A stretch of 57,990 bases of DNA, filler included, from Sphacelaria rigidula (lineage: Eukaryota), in NCBI GenBank assembly GCA_964200075.2. It is 9 parts of 9 records of this genome, joined end to end, with 100 filler letters (N's around TTAATTAATTAA, not from the genome) between each part and the next. Parts side by side here need not be neighbours in the genome. Positions count along the whole stretch, not along the records: positions 45,183 to 51,536 come from CAXNAA020020584.1; positions 51,637 to 57,990 come from CAXNAA020020585.1; 7 more parts are not named here. One strand, given 5' to 3'. The translations under genes and the position numbers were made by a program. The first letter of the stretch is position 1; the number at the start of each line of letters is the position of its first letter. Below are positions 51,370-57,990 of the stretch, one piece after another. Below the pieces are notes generated by a model. The model was not told the DNA's origin and ran no database searches. It saw only the letters and a program-made list of their open reading frames with translations.

Positions 51370-51536
51370 AACTCATCAGGCAAGAGCATGGTATTTTGTA
51401 TACACCAGCTATTAGTAATAACATGACCGGTGTGCATCAAAGATGATCATGCCACAATTTTGGCCATACCCTATCATACGCATGGTGGGAAAAAAAAAAC
51501 ACCACGAAACTTAAAAGTATATCGCATGAAAAGGGA

Positions 51537-51636
51537 NNNNNNNNNNNNNNNNNNNNNNNNNNNNNNNNNNNNNNNNNNNNTTAATTAATTAANNNNNNNN
51601 NNNNNNNNNNNNNNNNNNNNNNNNNNNNNNNNNNNN
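51537..51636. other. Artificial contig spacer
   Basis: N44-TTAATTAATTAA-N44. Confidence 0.98.
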
Positions 51637-51667
<31 letters not shown>

Positions 51668-51706
51668 GCATCAGCATCAGCATCAGCATCATCGTCGTCG
51701 TCGTCG
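51637..51706. repeat. Compound microsatellite (ATC)n(AGCATC)n(GTC)n
   Basis: Seen directly. Confidence 0.95.
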
Positions 51707-52357
51707 TTCCCGTCATGCTGTAATGTCCGTACCAAAGTTATGATGATGGGCATCACCATCCAATAACCATAATCATCATACCATCACCATGACCTTCATC
51801 GCCACCATCATCCGCATAGACAATCGTGCTGTTCTCGGTGATGGAACATACTCTAAGCGTGAGCACATGGGAGACAACACGCTCAAACAGCTACGCCGTG
51901 CTGTGCCCACCTGTGTCTATCACCAACCGCCTCCACCGTTTCGGCACATGAGGTCTGGAACGACCCACCAATGCGTCAACACCCGGAGAGCAACACCTTA
52001 GCCTCAAATTGACATTATCGCACTACATTTCTTGTTTCCCTCTTCTACCCTTCTAGGTGTGTTAGTTTTTTTCCGGCGAGTGTTCCTGTCTTGTTCATCT
52101 TGCGTACGTCTACCGTTTGGATAATGACCACGACTGCTTTCCTGGAGGATCGGTTACTGTGCGTCAGTTGAATAAATATGTCAATCCATCAATCAATTCA
52201 GATTCAGCATTCCAATAACAGACAGGCGGCTCCGGGAGGGGCGGTCGCGGCGGCGGCAGACGAGCCTGCCCCGGGTCGACCTTCTTCATCACCCTCTTTG
52301 AGCCGACAAGGTCGACCAGAACAAAGGAGTGTCAGACAGCACACCATTTCCTCTCAC

Positions 52358-55300
52358 CAGCTCGTCGTACATGCCCCTGATGTGCGCCTCCAGTCCCTCT
52401 ATGTGCGCCGTGATAGGCCCCCTCTCTTCCATCAGCTGCTGTAGCCGGTGGTCCAGCACAAATCTTTAGAAAGAGTGCATTCGCAGTCATTTTGCCCGGG
52501 ACAATCAGAGGAGGGAGGGGTGTGCACGCAAGTCGCGTAATTTTTTACGGGGACATGATCTAAACATAGTCCAAGTATGAGTTGCGGTACGCTCCGGCAT
52601 TAGGTATTGTGTCAAGTATATTTTACTTTCATATTCTTAGATGACTGACGATGAACACGATACATTAAAACCGAGAAGGGGGGTAGGGGGGGATACTCAT
52701 TTGTTGCTTGCCATAGGTATTGCATCTCTTTCGAGACGGAGCACCGCTCCCACTCCTAATAGAGACAGCGCTAAGTTTGAGCGCTCATCCCTTTCCTACT
52801 TCGCAATCTGTGGCCACCATATATCTCCTAGTATAACGATCGTTTTCTTTCTACTGTCTAATGTATCCAACGATTTCATGCCAAAATTTCCCCCTCTAAC
52901 ACGTCCCGTTCCTCCTTGTATAGTTCACATTCTCCCCTGCATGAGTTTTGCTCTCTGTTGCTTTGCCACAGGGGGAAACTTGCATGCATCTATTTCCTCC
53001 TCCTCCACCCGACTGGTGGTATACCCCTTTCTTTATTCTGGCAGGTTCAGGTTCCCTAACCGAAATCGCACTTTCAACGTTTTCGCGTAGTTCATCAAAC
53101 CATGCAGACATATCTTCATCTCCATCTCAACCCCCTCGTATATCTTTAGGTGCTTTTCCGCCCCCACTTTCCGTCTTAGCGCTCGTTTTCCCCTTATTTT
53201 TATCGTGTCGCGTAATTTTGTCTTGTGATTGATTGCGTGATTGATTGTCGTACTTTGACTGACCCCCCAGGGATCCAGCCGTGGCCTCATGATAGACGTG
53301 CCCAAGAAAAACAAAACTTGTACCCGCCCACATTCCTCTATGGACATTACCTCGTCCTGGTTTCTTCCTAAATCCCTCCATACTTTCTCGGCTAAACATG
53401 AAACGCCAAACAGCCGATTCGTGAGGTGTAGCTTACACCTGAGTATCGCTGTCTTCGGCGGGTCACTCACACGTCGATAGTACGTGTCCGTTGCCCTGCG
53501 GCCAAAATGTTTCGTGTGCAGTGCGTTTTGAGAGACGGCATCGCTATATGGCTACATACAGAGGCTTCGGAGGAAGAGCTAACCTGAAGTTATCCAGCGT
53601 CGTGTTATTGCTTCGCAGCTCCAGGATGGTTTTCTCCTGTCGGGGTGGGGCGTTCGTTCATCAGCGAACGTGAGATCCAAAAAACATACTGAAAAACGTT
53701 GCCGACATTGTCATGGAAAAACGGCTGCTGTGTATCGTATTTGTTTAGCAAGTATATGTGAACGACACAAGAAGAAGTGGGCTACGGTAAAAAAAAAGCG
53801 AGATGTCCACTCGCAGTATACGACATCGCTTCGTCAGCCTTTGCTTCGATTTACTCGAAGGGCTGATGGAATTAGAATAGTGTACCCCCACGCGTGAGAA
53901 TCTCCGTGTATATCATTTCGTTTTGATTAATTTTTGCCTTGGGTACGCACGTCTTTTGTATTTATCTCGTGAGCACGGCTGAATGAATCGCCAGGGGGTC
54001 GGCGAATATGCGATAATCCATCAATAAATCGATCAATAAATCTGTCAAACGATCAATATCGGTGAACACAAGAAGCAAGGTCAGGGTTTGGAGCCCGGGG
54101 TATGTTCGTTTGCTCTGGCACGCCCTTGTCACATAAGAGTATATATATATATATATATTATATGCACATGTATAGGTTGCGGGCGTTGCTTTGAAAAACC
54201 CTGACGTCTTTGCCGTTTGGTCTAGTTTGATCTCGAAAACGTCACCACTTCCGACTATTCTACAAGTTCTCAGAAAGTAGAGAAAAAACACAAAGAAAGC
54301 TCTACAGCTGAGTGTATGATGGTATCTTTGATATTAATTATGGGGTCATCGATCATGTTGACGACAAACCCACCGCAACGGAAGCGAGTGCAAACCGATC
54401 TAACGAGCTCAACTCGAGAAATGCACTCCCTGCCCGACGAACAATGGAAGTTACCAAGGGCAGGTCCAGCAGGGTATACCCTATTACCGGGTATTTTGCA
54501 AGTCGCACTTCAAGTACGCAAATTTGAGTAGAGTTACTTACAAACTAGCTGACCTCGTACAGCCTCCTCGTCTGAAGCTACGTGGCAGGGGCCAGCCTCT
54601 CCTTCTTACATTTGTTTTTTCAATCGAAACCGGCAATACAACCATTGTGGCATTAGTTCTTTTCCTCCTTCCTTTCCCTTCCTCCCTCTTCGTTTTTACT
54701 CCTTTATCTCTCTCTCTCTCTCTTATTGTTTACCCGACCCTGTTTGTTCTCCCTCTCTATCTTGGTTTCCCCGCTCTTTCGCGTCTCCTAATAGAGTATT
54801 TTCTTTGGTTCACGCTGGGTACAACCGTCCACCTTATGACAACGGATGGATTCCCAGGGACTCCGCGAATATGCGAGTATTAATCAATCCATTCATCAAT
54901 CAACCAACCCATCAGTACAGACGAACCATACCGGACACAAGACCTAGAGGTACTGCAGTCTAGGGGCTCTTTTGAGGTCAAGCGGCAAACAGTGTTTTCG
55001 TGAGATTGAGAGCAGAGGGTACGATTGAGAGTGAAAAGCGGTCAATTAGTCAAGGAATCGTTTCAGTTCCGAAATGTCCATCCATGACGCCCGATATGTT
55101 TTCTGGGGTAGCTTGCCACCGAAGCCCTTGATATCCCTGAGTAGAATATCGACGTGTAGCTCTAGGCACATGCCAGTGATACGCGCAGAAGAAAAGCCCA
55201 CACGGAATGAAAAATGACCAAATTAAAGGGAATGATGAGACCCACTCTCAATCAGCGGTCTACTCTCAATCTCACGAATACGTTGTTAGCAGTGTACAAG

Positions 55301-56309
55301 CAAATCTCCCGCCATAGCAGAAGGGTATCACTGAACCTTATCGTGGTATTTCATCGCAGCTACTATGTGAAGATTCTCCTGCGTGCATGCTGGGCGCTCT
55401 ACTATGACTGAAATTTTGCGCAATAACTTACTCTGTCGCGTTAACCGCCAAAATGAGGAGCGAAGTGTTGTGGTGGAAAAGTCTTGATGCAAAGTGTTTT
55501 CTTGACTTGATATAATAGTGCAAAGTCGTCAACCGTTTCGCGTGGAGATGGACGAAGACTATGCGAGTGTACGTGCTGTATTTTTCTCGTATTTGGTCGG
55601 TGATCCACCTGAATAGGCCTAATTGTGCTGACTTGTCCCCTGTGGTCGTATGCTCGATCGTCATTGTAGTTATCGGCAGCTTGTCTATGCAAAAATCAAG
55701 ATACGACGTGAAGGTTTTCTATGCGTACATTTATTGGGATTTACGTATGGAAAGGGGCAAAAATGGACCACGGTCTCCCTCGGGGGAAAAGGGTGAACGT
55801 GTGAGGCCTGAATATGATTGTTTTGGTTGTACAGGTGCAGCGTAGATTACGGAGGATATCGCCCCCTCCCTTCCATCCCTACCTGCGCGGATGACAACGT
55901 ATTTCAGCTTTCGATGTTCTCAAAGCCTGCGGTGCTCGCTAGTGATTCTGTAGTTTGTGTCTTGTGGAAACGATTTCGTCGAGGTTTATTCATGCACGGG
56001 GCCGTTTTTGTGCAGGGCTTCCCCGTTATGGGGAAACCCACAGCTGGAACAATCGTCATGGAAGGGAGGAAGGTAGAGAGGGGACCGGTATCTACCGTAA
56101 CCTTTGGCAATATACTGTATTTTTTTTGTCTATACCTTTTCGGCGAGCGTAAGCTCTCTCTGGTGCATATGCTGCTCAAAGTGGTGCATGGTAGCCTCCA
56201 ACCTCTCTCGCTTTGCTTTTTCGAGCGCGAACATCATCTCCCGTGCGCTGGAGCTCCGTTGAGTCTCCTGCATCTTCTTCCTCAGCTGGTCCTCTTTCGT
56301 TTTTCTCGT
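52358..56309 (-). CDS. CFAP57: CFAP57/WDR65-like flagellar protein, coiled-coil region. Exons 56309-56136, 53636-53584, 52463-52358.
   Basis: Spliced product ...HMHQRELTLAEK/EKTILELRSNNTTLDNFR/FVLDHRLQQLMEERGPITAHIEGLEAHIRGMYDEL matches the recalled CFAP57 motif [37 protein letters not shown]...P. Phases 0/2/0 are consistent. Confidence 0.8.
52670..53470 (-). mobile_element. Degenerate LINE ORF2 C-terminus and 3' UTR inside a CFAP57 intron, interrupted by the (AATC)-tailed repeat
   Basis: KTLKVRFRLGNLNLPE...PCGKATESKTH...GECELYKEER (CCHC-like) followed by LDSRKKTIVILGDIWWPQ. Confidence 0.72.
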
Positions 56310-56314
56310 CTGCC

Positions 56315-56368
56315 CATACGGACCATACGGATCATACGGATCATACGGATCATACGAATCATACAGAT
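56315..56368. repeat. 9-bp tandem repeat (CATACGGAT) x6
   Basis: Seen directly, immediately upstream of a minus-strand splice acceptor. Confidence 0.92.
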
Positions 56369-57990
56369 CACGTGAGCTAGGAATTGTGACACGTTTCACA
56401 TTATTTGAAACAAAACGTCCATACTATAGAACGACAAAAGGACACGCCATGCAGACCCGCTACACGCCAAGAACACGTCATGGATTACGTGGCGGACGAT
56501 AGGTGCGGCTTTTGAAATGTTCAGATGTGCAGACCAAAATAACCGCTACTCTGAGAATACGTTAGCTTTGTGATGCTACACTAGGTGGACATTGGCTGTT
56601 TGTAGTTCGTACGGTTTTACATGTAGAATCACACGAGTATTCAGAAGAGAGTACCATGAATGCAATACTTCGGTGAATTCACGTCATAAGTTCGATCTTT
56701 CTTGTAGCGATTGCTCACTCTCATACGCAGTTATTGAGACAAGTACGAATGATACCAAGAATGCTGAAACAACTCAGCTGATTTTTCCAAGAATGTCGTT
56801 TCTTCGTTCACCAATAAGTTGGGTGTTGATTTTCATTTGATTAATGTTCTGTTCGACGTTTTTTTGTTGCTGTTTCTTCTTTTCTTCAGTGAGTCTTTCA
56901 GTTTTGCTTCTCTTGGATACGTCTATCATGCGACCACGGCTAGACCCCCGGGGGATCAGTTCAAGTGCGACAATCAATCAGTCATGCAAAAGAATCGGCG
57001 GAATACAGTCGGTGATCGTAAAAAGTACAGCGCGTTCTGTGGACACGCATATCAAAATCCTGGAGTTTAGGCGACGTATTGTTCCCGAGCGCACTTTTCC
57101 ATGTGTGAAAACCTCTCGCCAGTTGAACAGATTTGGGCAATCTCGCGTCGTGTTTCTCGCGTCGTGGGTGTTGCAGGTGTTGTGCAAACAACGGGTTTCC
57201 GCATCGTTGCTAAGTAAAGCTATTTATACGCTGAGTGAAATGAAATTCACGAAACATAACGGGTTTCCAATATTGTCGACATTGTTGCTCTACAAACATT
57301 ATTCATTGATTGGGGTACTTTTATGTCCCTATATATATATTTATGTCCCTATATATATGTATACATTTGCGAGTTGGGATGACTTATGCGTCTGTTGGTG
57401 AGGAAGGATAAAAGCCAGATACGGTGAGACCATAGCGAGTTTCATGGATAATGACATTAAAAGTGATGTCGAGGTTAATTTCACGATAACCGTTTCCTCT
57501 ACGGTGTATGTGGGGTATTTTTCACTGTGGGAATCGTGCGTGCATGTTTGTTCACACGATAGGGTGGGGACACAAGATGCACATGTAAGCCGCGCGATTA
57601 TATTGTGGTTTAGATATTTTCAAGTGATATGATACAAACAACAACAACGATATTTCGCAACTTTTTGCATATCGCATGCTCTCACACTAGTCACAGATGT
57701 CGGCGTTAACTCCTTGTCCTACGTACACACGCGTTCGTGTACAGTACTCAAACATGAACGCTTTTTTAATACACCAAGGGAACAAAAAGAAACCAACCAT
57801 TGGGGACACGAAAATCAAAACCGCCACTTGCTCGTCAGGCTGTTATTTTTTATTGTATTTATTATTAATAAGAGGTCTTGTCATACTTCACCTACTCCCC
57901 TCGCCCCCTTCCCCCTCCCCCATATGAGTACGCCCCCCCTTCCCCCCCTTACTCCCCCCATCCCTGCCGCCCAGGAGAGCGGGAAACGAG

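Overview
Eukaryotic nuclear DNA, most likely a brown alga or related stramenopile (inferred from short GT-AG exons in long, repeat-rich introns). The window is not one locus. It is nine contigs of 6355 or 6354 bp joined by identical 100-bp spacers (N44-TTAATTAATTAA-N44), i.e. size-sorted unplaced contigs, so adjacency across gaps means nothing. Host-gene fragments with phase-consistent splicing: five exons of a DNA-PKcs FAT domain (32610-37907, minus), three exons of a CFAP57/WDR65-like protein (52358-56309, minus), the last exon of a thermospermine/spermidine-synthase-type aminopropyltransferase (39522-39704, plus), and a 7-exon 3' portion of an unidentified membrane protein (9716-12359, minus). 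Most of the rest is transposon debris: a rearranged Copia; two copies of one chromodomain-bearing Gypsy family, one with both LTRs, PBS, PPT and a 4-bp TSD; LINE 3' ends; a tRNA-derived SINE; and many MITEs (CAC-terminal palindromic, Tc1/mariner, piggyBac, hAT, and an unclassified GAG/GAC-terminal family), several nested. I found no convincing new enzymatic or defence system. The best leads are the TG...TA-LTR chromovirus, the MITE family with interchangeable termini, and the orphan membrane protein. All homology calls come from recalled motifs, not database searches.
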